NCBI GenBank assembly: GCA_000004985.1
Contig: GG738873.1
Origin: Naegleria gruberi
Taxonomy: Eukaryota
Strand: one strand, 5' to 3'
Length of the DNA: 64,000 nucleotides
Shown here one piece after another: positions 44,302 through 55,694 of this stretch (positions are counted from its first letter, which is position 1; every line of letters begins with the position of its first letter). The translations under genes were made by a program, and so were the position numbers. The notes under the pieces are model-generated. The model did no database searches. It saw nothing but the letters and a program-made list of their open reading frames with translations, and was not told where the DNA came from.

Positions 44302-44576
44302 ATTTTTTATTGTTGATTGCCCAACCAAGGAAAGGCACAAGCAAAACAGGACTTCAACAACTCTAGTTGCAATGCAAAGAGAAAATGGAAAATCGGATGT
44401 TGTAGGACTTGCAAATATTTCCTCTTCTTACCTTGCTATTACAGTTAAATTAGAAAAATTCTCCTTGATAATAACCTTCTCGGAAACAGAAAATTGGATA
44501 GTTTAATTTCACTATCAATAATGAACAAAAGATTCGAAAGTAGTTTTTGAAATTTTTAATTATGGAGGTTTTAAAT

Positions 44577-45080
44577 TTATTGTTCTGGGATCTTGAATTC
44601 AACAGTACCGTTGGTGATTTGTTCTTGGAGAGTCTTTGGGTTTTCACCAGCAACAGTGCAACCAATAGAGTAACAAGTACCCAAAATTTCCTTAACTGAA
44701 CCAGCCATGGTCTTAGCGAAAGACTTGCTTCTCATGGTTCTAGCAATGGAGAGGACATCATCGAAAGAAATGTTACCGTTGTGTTTAATATTCTTGACCT
44801 TCTTTCTATCTCTTGGAGCTTCCTTCAAAGCCTTGATAACCAATGATGAGGCAGATGGGATGATTTCAATTTCAGCTTGTCTGTTTTGAATAGTCAATTT
44901 GACAGTGACCTTGAGACCCTTCCAATCCTTGGTGACCTTAGCGATATCATCACCAACCTTCTTGGCGGACAAACCCAATGGACCGACCTTTGGGGCCAAG
45001 GTGGCGGTAGCACCAGCTTCACCTCCCAAACATCTAACGAACAAGATCTTAACTTCACTTGGATCTGCTTTTGGTGGCAT
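44577..45080 (-). CDS. RPL12: 60S ribosomal protein L12 (uL11)
   Basis: [48 protein letters not shown]...[25 protein letters not shown] is near-identical to eukaryotic uL11. Confidence 0.9.
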   Translation of the reverse strand: MPPKADPSEVKILFVRCLGGEAGATATLAPKVGPLGLSAKKVGDDIAKVTKDWKGLKVTVKLTIQNRQAEIEIIPSASSLVIKALKEAPRDRKKVKNIKHNGNISFDDVLSIARTMRSKSFAKTMAGSVKEILGTCYSIGCTVAGENPKTLQEQITNGTVEFKIPEQ

Positions 45081-45431
45081 TCTGTAAATTGTTTGTTGGC
45101 TTCAACACATGATGGTAAAACTTACGTTATAGACTTTTGATATTTTTTTTCAACAAGAAATTTAAAATGACTCGCTACTTTGGTATTTTACAATGAAAAT
45201 TTTTTCTCAACATTTTCTTTGCAACAAACACAACCAAGCAAATTTTGAGTTTTAGAAGAAAACCAACAAGTGTTTTCATAACTTTCAAGATTGAATATGA
45301 GTCTATTGTGTTGGGCCATGTCATTGAATGGGTTCCAATTGCAAGACTCAAACTATTTGCTTCTACTATTAAATGTTCAGCAACAACAACACACCGGAGT
45401 GCAAGGTGTTCAATCAATAATTGAATAAAAA

Positions 45432-48068
45432 ATGAAAAGTCTACTTCGACTCAACAACAAGAACACTATTAAATTATCATCATCAACAAACACATCATCC
45501 AACATTGTGCACAACAATTCTAAACAACAACAACAACTTAATTATTCTATCAACTCATCAAATACTATTAAAAAATCATGTCTCTCATCATCATTATCAT
45601 TCCGAAATAATAAGAATCTTTTAAATAATAACAACAATCAACAACACTATATTTATCATCAATATCATACTACTACCACAAATTGCAAAGATACACATTT
45701 AATGAATGAAAATTTCAATTCATCATCCATTCACAATGATCTTGATAATCCTAATCATGTCTATGATACAATTATAGTTGGAGGTGGACATTCTGGATGT
45801 GAAGCTGTTAATGCAGCACTTTTTCACAATGCAGATACTTTAATGATTACTCACTCTAAAGATACAATTGGAGTTTTAAGTTGTAATCCATCAGTGGGAG
45901 GTGTTGGTAAAGGAATTCTAGTAAAGGAAGTTGATGCACTTGGTGGTTTAATGGGAAAAGTTTCAGATTATGCAATGATTCATTACAATGTTTTAAATTT
46001 AAGTAAGGGACCAGCTGTTTATGGACCTAGAGGTCAAATGGATAGATACATTTATAGAAATACAATGCAAAAAGTTTTTAATGAATATACAATGAAACAC
46101 AAATTGAAAATTATTGATGGAAGTGTTGATAATTTAATAACTAAAAATGGTAAAATTCAAGGAGTAATTTTAAAAAATGGTCAAAAAATTTATGCCAAAT
46201 CAGTAGTTATTACAACAGGTACATTTTTGAGAGGAGAAATTCATATTGGAACTCAAGTACGTTTTCCAGGTGGAAGAATTAGTGAAATTGGTACAGAAAG
46301 AACATGTGGAAGTTTAGCAGATACATTTTACAATGAATTTAAATTTGAAATGGGAAGAATGAAAACTGGAACACCACCACGTCTTCACAGAAATTCAATT
46401 AATTGGGATATTTTAACAGAACAACCATCAACTAAATTTATTGAACCATTCTCATTTGAACATGATGAAAATACTTTTTATGGAACAAGAGTTCCACATT
46501 CACAACCTCACATGATGTGTTATGAAACTGAAACTAATGAAAAAACACATGAAATTATTAGAAGTAATACAGATGAATTGGCAGATGAAGTTAGATTTGG
46601 TAATGGTCCACGTTATTGTCCATCCATTGAAATTAAAGTGACACGTTTTCCACAGAGAACTTCACATCGTATTTGGTTAGAACCTGAAGGACATATTACA
46701 AATAAGGATGAAGCAAAGAAGCTACCATATAATCATTATGCTAATGTCATTTATCCAAATGGTATTTCATCAAGTTTACCTCCAGAGAAACAATTGGAAT
46801 TTTTAAAAACAATGAAAGGATTGGATCAAGTTGAAATGTTACAACCTGGATATGCAGTTGCCTATGATTTTGTTTCACCTAAAGTTGAAATTTCACACAC
46901 ATTACAAACTCACAAATGTCAAGGTTTATTCTTAGCAGGTCAAATTAATGGTACAACTGGTTATGAAGAAGCTGCAGCTCAAGGTATTATTGCAGGTATG
47001 AATGCAGCAATTTACGCAAGAGGTGATAATGAACCTTTCATTTTAGATCGTTCTGAAGCATATATTGGAGTTTTAATTGATGATTTAGTAACGAGAGGAG
47101 TTGATGAACCATATAGAGTATTCACTTCACGTTCAGAATATAGATTAATGTTGAGAGCTGATAATGCTGATTTAAGATTGACTGAGAAGAAATTTGAACA
47201 TGGATTGAATAGTAAATCTGATAAGGAAAGAAATGAATTATTACAAATATTAGATTCTAATAATTCTAAATTTAATAATAGTAGTAGTTCAATGAATGGT
47301 AAAATTGATTTGGAAAGTATTAATCCAACTCTAACAGGATCATCAATTTCACTCTCCAGATATGATAAATGTGTAAAGAGAAGAGAACGTATTGAAAATG
47401 TTCTTAATTTATTACATTCAGTTCAATTCACTCCAAAGATTTGGACACAAATTTTAAATGATCATACTACTGGTAATGATATTGGTAAAAAGAAATCAAT
47501 TGCTGACATTATATCACAACAACATGTTTTATCATTACATGATGTTAATTTTATTGATTTAATTGAAAAATCAAATTATTTATTTAATAAGAAACAACAA
47601 CAACAACAACAACAGGATGATGAGAATACTATTAATACTATTAATGATGATGATAATATTGATGAAAGCAATGATGAAATTATATTAACAGAAGAAGAAA
47701 ATAATATTCAACAATTAAATAGTGAATTAATTTCACTTGCACAAGTATTAGGATCTAAACGTGATGAACAAAGTATTATATCAGAATGTAGATATTTTAA
47801 ATTTTATGATCAATATCAAAGTGATATTGAACAATTATCTAAAATGGAACATTTAATTATACCAGATACTATATATAGTAATATTAGTACTGAATTACCA
47901 CAAATTTCAACAGAAGAAAGAACTAAATTATTAAAACATTTACCAAAAACTTTAAGAGAAGCCTCAATGATTTCTGGAATTAGACAAACAACTTTAATTT
48001 CTCTAATGCAAATTACAAATTCAAAATTAAGAAGAAACAATTATCAACAACAATATCAACAAGAATAA
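45432..48068 (+). CDS. MTO1: tRNA uridine 5-carboxymethylaminomethyl modification enzyme MnmG/GidA family (mitochondrial MTO1 homologue) with long low-complexity N- and C-terminal extensions
   Basis: FAD-binding YDTIIVGGGHSGCEA and SCNPSVGGVGKGILVKEVDALGG, plus GidA core through ...TSRSEYRLMLRADNADLRL. N-terminal Asn/Ser-rich presequence. C-terminal poly-Gln/Asn/Asp region. Confidence 0.85.
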   Translation: MKSLLRLNNKNTIKLSSSTNTSSNIVHNNSKQQQQLNYSINSSNTIKKSCLSSSLSFRNNKNLLNNNNNQQHYIYHQYHTTTTNCKDTHLMNENFNSSSIHNDLDNPNHVYDTIIVGGGHSGCEAVNAALFHNADTLMITHSKDTIGVLSCNPSVGGVGKGILVKEVDALGGLMGKVSDYAMIHYNVLNLSKGPAVYGPRGQMDRYIYRNTMQKVFNEYTMKHKLKIIDGSVDNLITKNGKIQGVILKNGQKIYAKSVVITTGTFLRGEIHIGTQVRFPGGRISEIGTERTCGSLADTFYNEFKFEMGRMKTGTPPRLHRNSINWDILTEQPSTKFIEPFSFEHDENTFYGTRVPHSQPHMMCYETETNEKTHEIIRSNTDELADEVRFGNGPRYCPSIEIKVTRFPQRTSHRIWLEPEGHITNKDEAKKLPYNHYANVIYPNGISSSLPPEKQLEFLKTMKGLDQVEMLQPGYAVAYDFVSPKVEISHTLQTHKCQGLFLAGQINGTTGYEEAAAQGIIAGMNAAIYARGDNEPFILDRSEAYIGVLIDDLVTRGVDEPYRVFTSRSEYRLMLRADNADLRLTEKKFEHGLNSKSDKERNELLQILDSNNSKFNNSSSSMNGKIDLESINPTLTGSSISLSRYDKCVKRRERIENVLNLLHSVQFTPKIWTQILNDHTTGNDIGKKKSIADIISQQHVLSLHDVNFIDLIEKSNYLFNKKQQQQQQQDDENTINTINDDDNIDESNDEIILTEEENNIQQLNSELISLAQVLGSKRDEQSIISECRYFKFYDQYQSDIEQLSKMEHLIIPDTIYSNISTELPQISTEERTKLLKHLPKTLREASMISGIRQTTLISLMQITNSKLRRNNYQQQYQQE

Positions 48069-48865
48069 ATTATATTGAAGTGTTTTTAAGCTAGTGTGAG
48101 TAAAAAATCAAACATTAAATTTTCATCTCAAAAGTGGCATCTACATTACCATCCTTCAGACAATGTATTAACTCACTATATTCATTGCATTGAAGTGAAA
48201 CAGAGAATTTCAATTTAGAAATGATGTTTTTTTTGAAGAAATTAAGTAAAATATAAGTTTGTTGGGAAATGTTGAATAGTAATTGAACAATTTTTGTGAA
48301 TATTTATGTGTGAATATTATTTTTGTAAACGATTAATGTCATAAAATCATTTCCATTCTTGTTTGTGATTTGTCTTTAATCAAAACGAAAATAGAAAATA
48401 TTGACAATTCTCCAACACTATCAACCACCATTCAATACCATTCAACATTACATCTATTAAATACTTTTAACATCATTACAATAGATAACATAAAATCATC
48501 ATCAATATCCAATGAATCTTATTAACCGGTTGTCCACCTCCTAAATAAGAATATTATTTCTCTTCCCGTTGACCTTGTTGACAAATCTCTGAGGTCCACA
48601 AGCCAATCAATCATTCACTGTTGTCTTTCTAAACGTCAAAAATATTTTAAAAAACACAAAAACAAAGCTCATTGTCATTCTTCTGTGTTGTGTGATAAAT
48701 TAGCCTTTCTTATTGTTGTTGTTGAAATAATAATTTTTAAAGCCTTTTTCTTCTTGTTGCACTTGATATTTTTCATTGATCAACATTCTCATATTGATAG
48801 TAGATAATTTAGTTTCGAATATTATCAATAATATCATTTTGTGATTTCAATATTCTACTATTCTT

Positions 48866-48893
<28 letters not shown>
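48866..48893. repeat. (ATA)n microsatellite
   Basis: aataataataataataataataat run just upstream of gene 48948..49991. Confidence 0.9.
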
Positions 48894-48896
<3 letters not shown>

Positions 48897-48947
48897 ACTT
48901 TAATAACGTACAATAGAACAACAATACAAACTTTAGAATAGAAGAAA

Positions 48948-49991
48948 ATGAAAAATTCCGTTCTCTCACTTTTTAAAAAGAAAACCAATAATAATAATAA
49001 TGAATCAGATGATAGCAACACAACTCCATCATCACCACATAGTGGTAGTTTCAGCAATCTTTCAGATTTGTTACAAAGTGGAAGTTTAGTTTATAACTCA
49101 CTTCCTGAAACAACTCTATCCTATGGTCATATTCAAACTCCTTTTAATGTATTCGAATTGAATAGAAGAATGTATCAAACTAATTCACAAGTTTTATTAC
49201 AAAAACAAAATAATTCATCATCACCTGCCACCCCAAATGGAAGTAACAATAATAGATTGAGTTTAAGTCAACAACAAACATCATCACAACCAATTGCTTT
49301 AACTCCATCTCTATTAATGGGTAAGAGAAAGGAATTGAATAGAATTTCAACTCAATCACCAACTGCTGATATTACTCCACGTTCTTCTTCTCCTTCCATT
49401 ACAACAACAACAACAACAACAAATATTACTACTACAAATACTTCTAATGGTACAAATGCCAATACAAGTACCAATAATAGTTCAGCAACAACACCTTCAA
49501 CACCAATTGCCACTACTACTTCCAATGAATCAACTGCAACTACAACAATTACACCAACAATTAAAACATCAGATAATGTTGTTACTACTGCTACTGCTAC
49601 TGCTGTTTCATCAATTGTCAAGACAGCTTTGAGTGATCAAGAAAAATTAATTGGTATCATTTCAAGTTATCTCGTTCCACATAAGGATCATTTGAAATCT
49701 AGAGAATGTTTAACAAGTCAAAACTTAATGTCAGTTTTAGTGTTAAATAAGAAATGGAATTCAATTTTAATGGCAAATGATTTATCAACTATTAATGATG
49801 ATGTTGTTAAATTGTGGGCAATTTTAGTTGAAGAAATGTATGAACCTGCTGCTAATATTGAAAATGATCATATGAGTAAGAAATTTATTGAATTGTGTAT
49901 GTTTTTTATTTATTTATTTGATTTATTAACTATTGACTCTTTAAATACTACTTTACAATTTTTATTAACACAATATTTACAAAAATATTGA
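48948..49991 (+). CDS. Hypothetical Ser/Thr/Asn-rich protein with structured C-terminal ~120 aa
   Basis: 347-aa ORF with real ATG. Poly-Thr/Asn tracts, then a globular C-terminal region. Confidence 0.5.
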   Translation: MKNSVLSLFKKKTNNNNNESDDSNTTPSSPHSGSFSNLSDLLQSGSLVYNSLPETTLSYGHIQTPFNVFELNRRMYQTNSQVLLQKQNNSSSPATPNGSNNNRLSLSQQQTSSQPIALTPSLLMGKRKELNRISTQSPTADITPRSSSPSITTTTTTTNITTTNTSNGTNANTSTNNSSATTPSTPIATTTSNESTATTTITPTIKTSDNVVTTATATAVSSIVKTALSDQEKLIGIISSYLVPHKDHLKSRECLTSQNLMSVLVLNKKWNSILMANDLSTINDDVVKLWAILVEEMYEPAANIENDHMSKKFIELCMFFIYLFDLLTIDSLNTTLQFLLTQYLQKY

Positions 49992-50268
49992 ATCTACTTG
50001 ACAATTGTCTTAATATTTACTTTGGTGTGTTAAAACATTAATGATCTCTTGACTTGAACTGGATCTGCTTTGCCTCTTTGATGTTTGACATGTGATGTCT
50101 TGTCACTTGTGACCTTCCACCACAACGTTTCCAATCACCAAATGCTTTTTACCACGCGCTTCAAAAAAACTATTCATCTTACCAACAATCCGTTTCACTT
50201 TCTTTACTATTACTCCTCTCAATATTTTGTCCAACAATTAACACTCAATCATTAATTATTAATTGAAA

Positions 50269-52320
50269 ATGAATGTATTTGATAAAATACAACCAAATTC
50301 TGGTTCTGTTCCGCCACCATCATCAAATACAACTAAACGACCAAAATCATTGGCTGCCATGCTATCTCGTAACCGTTCTTCCACTTCCAAATTTGATAAT
50401 TTATCAACAACAATAACAAACAATGATGATGATTCGAATAATACTGCTAATACTACTTCTGAAACCAATAATAATACTACTACCACTCCTATCAATGATG
50501 ACGACAATACTGCCTCTCCCTCCATCACAACAAACACCACCAATACGACAACACCTACCTATACTCCTACTACTCCTCCACCACCTCCGCCTGCTGCATT
50601 GAAACAACGACGAATTTCAATGGCTGCCTATACTCAAAAACCTTCAACAACAACAATTAATACTGCCAATGATGATAATAATAATGATAATAATATCAAT
50701 TCACCACCATCCATAACGACCACTTCATCCTCCGTAACAAATATTGATATTACTAATAATAATACTACTCCAATGGATCTCTTAACAACAATAGATTGTA
50801 AACAAAATAATATTGAAGTTGGTAGTAGCTCTGTTCCTAGTACTCCAACCACCACCACTGGTAGTAATGTCAGTACTCCAACTGGTACTAAACCAACTAC
50901 TGCAACTGCAACAGCAGGTAATAGAAAATCACAAAAACCAGCTGAAGTTTTGAATCCACAAGATTTTTATAGTGTTGATCTTTCACAATTGACTTATACA
51001 CCTGATCCAGATTCGAGTATTGTCATTCAAGAGAATCAAATTGAACATGCTTCATTGAATAAGTTGATTGAAGAATTGACAAGTCACACTAATTATGATA
51101 TTCACTTTTTGCATACATTCATGTTAACATTCAGAAACTTTACTGATAAGGAAACAATTCTTAAAAAACTTGAAGAGAGATTTAATTATCCACCAAATTG
51201 TCCACCTGAAGAATTTGCAACATTTAAACGTGAAATTCTTGATAAGGTTAGATTGAGAATTATCAATTCAATCAAATATTGGATTGAAAACTTTTTCGTT
51301 TTCGATTTTGATAGTGAAATGATGCAATTCTTATCAAAATTCATTGAAATGGTTAGAAAGTCAAATCAAAATGCTCTCGCCAAAGTTATTGAAAATACTT
51401 TAGAACGTGTGAAGAATAATGACTCTGGTAAAGTTATTACAAAGGTTGAATGTCCAGAAATTTTAAAGTTAAAGAAGAAGGTTTTCAGTAAGAAAAAGAC
51501 TTATTCCATTCTTGATTATCCATTACAAGAAGTAGCACGTCAAATGTCATTAATCGATTATACCATGTTTAAAAAGATTGAACCTAAGGAATGTTTGAAT
51601 CAAGCCTGGAATAAGGAACACCGTGTAACTAAAGCTCCAAATATTTCAAGAATGATTCAACATTTCAATCAATTTTCAGGTTTTGTTGCAACTGAAATTT
51701 TAAAACAAGAAGATCATGAAAAACGTGTTAAATGTGTTGAAAAGTTTATTGAACTTGCCAATCATTGTAAAGGACTGAACAATTTCAATGCTGTTTTCAG
51801 TGTCATGTCAGGTTTGAACAGTTCATCTATCCATCGTCTCTCAAAGACATGGGAAGCAATTAGTGAAGAAGCTAAAAAGACTCGTGAAGAATTACTTTCC
51901 ATTACAAATACTAATGGTAACTTTGCAAACTTGAGAAATATGCTTAAAACTGTTAATCCACCATGTGTACCATATAATGGTGTATTCTTAACAGATTTGA
52001 CATTTATTGAAGATGGTTCACCAAAATATATTAATGGTCTCATCAATTTTGGTAAATGTAGATTATTTGCAAAGGTCATTCGTGATATTCAAACCTATCA
52101 AAATACCAGATATAACTTTGAAGAATATAAGGAATTGAAAGATCAAATTGAAGCTGTTGAAAAATTATCTGATGATGAATTATTTAACATGTCACTTCAA
52201 GTTCAACCAAGAGCTCAAAAGAAGAAGAAGGTTGCTACATCAACTGCAAATGCATCAGCTTCATCTTTGAAGGAAGACGATGAAGAAAATGAAAAGAAAC
52301 CTGAAAAGTTAGATTTTTAA
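50269..52320 (+). CDS. Ras guanine-nucleotide exchange factor (RasGEF N-terminal + CDC25-homology catalytic domain)
   Basis: Low-complexity N-terminal ~270 aa. RasGEFN (IEHASLNKLIEELTS...FLHTFMLTFRNF). CDC25 domain (ARQMSLIDYTMFKKIEPKECLNQAW...PCVPYNGVFLTDLTFIEDG). First ATG at 50269 (ORF called from TTG). Confidence 0.85.
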   Translation: MNVFDKIQPNSGSVPPPSSNTTKRPKSLAAMLSRNRSSTSKFDNLSTTITNNDDDSNNTANTTSETNNNTTTTPINDDDNTASPSITTNTTNTTTPTYTPTTPPPPPPAALKQRRISMAAYTQKPSTTTINTANDDNNNDNNINSPPSITTTSSSVTNIDITNNNTTPMDLLTTIDCKQNNIEVGSSSVPSTPTTTTGSNVSTPTGTKPTTATATAGNRKSQKPAEVLNPQDFYSVDLSQLTYTPDPDSSIVIQENQIEHASLNKLIEELTSHTNYDIHFLHTFMLTFRNFTDKETILKKLEERFNYPPNCPPEEFATFKREILDKVRLRIINSIKYWIENFFVFDFDSEMMQFLSKFIEMVRKSNQNALAKVIENTLERVKNNDSGKVITKVECPEILKLKKKVFSKKKTYSILDYPLQEVARQMSLIDYTMFKKIEPKECLNQAWNKEHRVTKAPNISRMIQHFNQFSGFVATEILKQEDHEKRVKCVEKFIELANHCKGLNNFNAVFSVMSGLNSSSIHRLSKTWEAISEEAKKTREELLSITNTNGNFANLRNMLKTVNPPCVPYNGVFLTDLTFIEDGSPKYINGLINFGKCRLFAKVIRDIQTYQNTRYNFEEYKELKDQIEAVEKLSDDELFNMSLQVQPRAQKKKKVATSTANASASSLKEDDEENEKKPEKLDF

Positions 52321-52543
52321 TTCATTTTCTCTCAGTTGACTAGCACCACTAAGAAGAAGAAGATTTCTCAAAGTTTGTATTTTTATTAAAAAAACTCATT
52401 TGAATTGTTTTCAACTATTTCTTCCAAGTTTTCTCAAATTATTCTTCCCTTTCTTTTCATACATAAAGGCACTTACGGGTGAGATAATTTTAGAAACTGT
52501 AGATTTACCGCCATTTTAAACTACAATAACAACTTTAAAAAAA

Positions 52544-53690
52544 ATGTCCAACACAAACAATAGCAATGGAACATTTTGGCAAGATAGAGAAATTAGATTT
52601 GACTCGAATATTGAGGCCGGGTAAGTAAAGTTGCCTTGATAATTATTTAATGATCATCCGATTAGTGATTTGAGTCTTAAAAAAGGTGAATTTGAAATTG
52701 ATGTTTTGGATAATGTAGAAGATACCAAAGGTAATAATGGTGAGAAGGGAAAATGTATAGTAACAAACCTGAGAATGATTTGGATTTGCACCAGAAATCC
52801 TAAAATCAATCTTAGTATCGGATATAATACAATGGTTAATATCAAAATTCAATCATCAAACAGTCGTTTAAAGGGAACAAATCAATCCTTATATTTATTG
52901 ACTAAATATCACGGATCAAGATTTGAATTCATCTTTTCTAACATGGTCAAGACAAATCCCAGACTTTTTTCAACAATTCAAGCAGTGTTTAAAGCCTATC
53001 AATCAAGTAAAATGTACAGAGAAATTAGATTAAGATCAGCAATTATTAAGAATAAGTGCTTGGATCTTCTTCCTAAAGAACAAATATATACTTCATTGAG
53101 TGGTGTTTGGAATCTTAGTGCGGATCAAGGTAACTTGGGAACCTTTATTGTGACAAATATTAGAATTGTATGGTTTGCAGACTTGGCAGAGAACTTTAAC
53201 GTCTCAATTCCATATTTACAAATTGTAGGTTTTATGAAATTAGTGTTTTCTTACTAATATTATCAAGAAATCGGTTTCGTTTAGGGAATCCAAGTTTGGT
53301 AAAGCATTTGTGGTGGAAACTAATAGAACATCAGGAAGAGAATTTGTGTTGGGTTTTAGAGTTGATCCAATTGAAAAGTTTAATGATTTGTATAAGGAAG
53401 TTTCTTCACTTCATCAACTATTCTCAAGTAATCCAATACTGGGTGTGGAATATCAAGCTGAGGAAAAACAAGCAAGCCTTGAACAATTGATGGTTCCAAA
53501 AACTTCAGAAACAATGAAATATGTTGGTAATAAGGATACATCAGATCCATTAGCTCCTTATTATGTGGATTCTTCTGAACGAGTTGCTAACACATCCATC
53601 GGATTCAGCAATGAATTAGGATTGGCTTGTGAGGAATTGAAGGATGGAATGACAATTAAGAAACTCTGGCAATGCATTTATAAAGTTTAA
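52544..53690 (+). CDS. BBS5: BBSome subunit BBS5 orthologue, 3 exons: join(52544..52620,52666..53224,53295..53690)
   Basis: Exon 1 MSNTNNSNGTFWQDREIRFD (human LWEDRDVRFD). Exon 2 IDVLDNVEDTKGNNGEKGKCIVTNLRMIW...TKYHGSRFEFIFSNMV...SKMYREIRLRSAII...GVWNLSADQGNLGTFIVTNIRIVW...FNVSIPYLQI. Exon 3 FVLGFRVDPIEKF...SLHQLF. All align closely to human BBS5. Introns 52621..52665 (GTAAGT...ATTAG) and 53225..53294 (GTAGGT..TACTAAT..CCAAG). Confidence 0.8.
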
Positions 53691-53983
53691 TTTCGAATTT
53701 ATCAAAAATTCATCTACGATTATTCCAACGAATGAACCACACATTAATCTGGCTTACTTGCCTTACAGGTTGCGTACTAGAAATCGCGAAGGGACCACAA
53801 TAGGTTTCCGATAAGCTGTGTGATGAAAATCTAGATTACTCGACCAATAGGCGAGAAGGAATGACGCTGCATTCTCTGTATTTTACAATGGTTTTCCACA
53901 ATGGTTTTCGCCGATGATGAATAGATTAATTGTTATAATAACAAGTGCACGACCCCACCAAAAAAGCCTTTACTTTAAAAAAA

Positions 53984-55357
53984 ATGTCTTCATCAACAAC
54001 ACCAAAGCTTATCGGAAATACACCACTCTCACAAGCCGATCCAGAATTGTTCGACCTCATTGAAAAGGAAAAAGAAAGACAATGGAAAGGATTGGAATTA
54101 ATTGCTAGTGAAAATTTTACTAGTCAAGCTGTTATGGATTGTCTAGGAAGTTGTTTAACCAATAAATATAGTGAAGGACAAGTTGGTGCTCGTTACTATG
54201 GAGGTAATGAATATATTGATGAAATTGAAAAATTATGTAAAACTAGAGCACTTGAAGCCTTTTCATTAAACTCTGAAGACTGGAGTGTCAATGTCCAACC
54301 ATATTCAGGATCACCTGCTAATTTTGCTGTTTATACAGGTCTTCTTCAACCTCATGATAGAATTATGGGACTTGATTTACCAAGTGGTGGACATTTAACT
54401 CATGGATATTATTCTGGAAAGAAGAAGATTTCTGCAACTTCAATTTATTTTGAAAGTTTACCATATACTGTTGATCAACAAGGTTTAATTGATTATGATG
54501 GTTTAGAAAAATCTGCACGTGTTTTTAGACCTAAACTTATTATATGTGGTGGTAGTGCATATCCACGTGATTGGGATTATGCTAGATTGAGAAAGATTGC
54601 AGATGAAATTGAAGCCTATTTAATGTGTGATATGGCTCACTATTCTGGTTTAGTTGCTACTGGTGAACATAATAGTCCATTCCAATATTGTGATGTTGTT
54701 ACTTCAACTACTCACAAATCTTTGAGAGGTCCAAGAGCTGGTATTATCTTTGCCAAGAAGGCTTTAATGCCAAAGATTGACTTTGCTGTCTTCCCAGGTA
54801 TTCAAGGTGGTCCACATAATCATCAAATTGCTGCTATTGCAACTCAATTGAAAGAAGTTAAAACTCCAGAATTTAAACAATATATTCAACAAGTTAAAGC
54901 TAATGCTAAGACTCTTGCTAAAGCACTCATTGAAAAGGGATATACACTTGCTACAGGTGGTACTGATAATCATTTAGTTTTATGGAATTTGAGACCACAA
55001 GGTATTACTGGTTCAAAGATGGAAAAATTATTTGATGCTGTTTCAATTACTTCAAATAAGAATTCTATTGCAGGTGATGCTAATGCATTGTCACCTTTTG
55101 GTGTTCGTTTAGGTACTCCTGCTTTAACTACAAGAGGTTTTAAGGAAGTAGATTTTGAAAAGGTTGCTGAATTCCTTCACCGTGGTGTTCAAATTGGTTT
55201 GAAATTACAAGAACAAGCTGTTTCAACTAAATTGGCTGATTTCTTGGCTCTATTTGAAAATAATGAAGAATTAACTCAATTGAAATCTGAAGTTGAATCA
55301 TTTGCTAAGCAATTTGGTATTCCAGGATGGAATATTGAAACACAAAGATATCATTAA
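53984..55357 (+). CDS. SHMT: Serine hydroxymethyltransferase
   Basis: [47 protein letters not shown] and PLP-lysine context. 457 aa from the ATG at 53984 (ORF called from GTG at 53945). Confidence 0.9.
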   Translation: MSSSTTPKLIGNTPLSQADPELFDLIEKEKERQWKGLELIASENFTSQAVMDCLGSCLTNKYSEGQVGARYYGGNEYIDEIEKLCKTRALEAFSLNSEDWSVNVQPYSGSPANFAVYTGLLQPHDRIMGLDLPSGGHLTHGYYSGKKKISATSIYFESLPYTVDQQGLIDYDGLEKSARVFRPKLIICGGSAYPRDWDYARLRKIADEIEAYLMCDMAHYSGLVATGEHNSPFQYCDVVTSTTHKSLRGPRAGIIFAKKALMPKIDFAVFPGIQGGPHNHQIAAIATQLKEVKTPEFKQYIQQVKANAKTLAKALIEKGYTLATGGTDNHLVLWNLRPQGITGSKMEKLFDAVSITSNKNSIAGDANALSPFGVRLGTPALTTRGFKEVDFEKVAEFLHRGVQIGLKLQEQAVSTKLADFLALFENNEELTQLKSEVESFAKQFGIPGWNIETQRYH

Positions 55358-55694
55358 ATTATTAAAAGTAGATTAGAATATTTTTATTGAAAAATACAGT
55401 TTCATACAAGTTACTTGTTTTTTTCGAATAATAACAAAGTTAAAATACCGTCTCTAAATATTTGCTGCAAGTGAGGAAATTGAACAATTCAAAGCTTGAG
55501 AATATACAGATGAGTTCATTGTAAAAAATTCAAATGTCCACTAAAAAATGTGCTGTTAACATCACGTGATGATCAATTATTGAATAATGTCCATAGAAAC
55601 TATCCATCCTCATAACCATGAAAATGATATAAATATATCACTCATAATCCAATAACATAGTCAATTAAAAAACTATAGAAAAAACACTCAAAAG

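Noticed and set aside
44267-44506. Small ORFs (44267..44506, 44450..44665) around the adenylate kinase 5' end
   Set aside because: They are short, on the opposite strand to a well-supported exon and the promoter region, and lack any similarity. Treated as noise.
52670-53257. BBS5 ORF track start MSLKKGEF and C-terminal ...IVGFMKLVFSY
   Set aside because: The start is a TTG inside exon 2 and the tail is read-through into intron 53225..53294. The true N-terminus is on a separate upstream exon (52544..52620).
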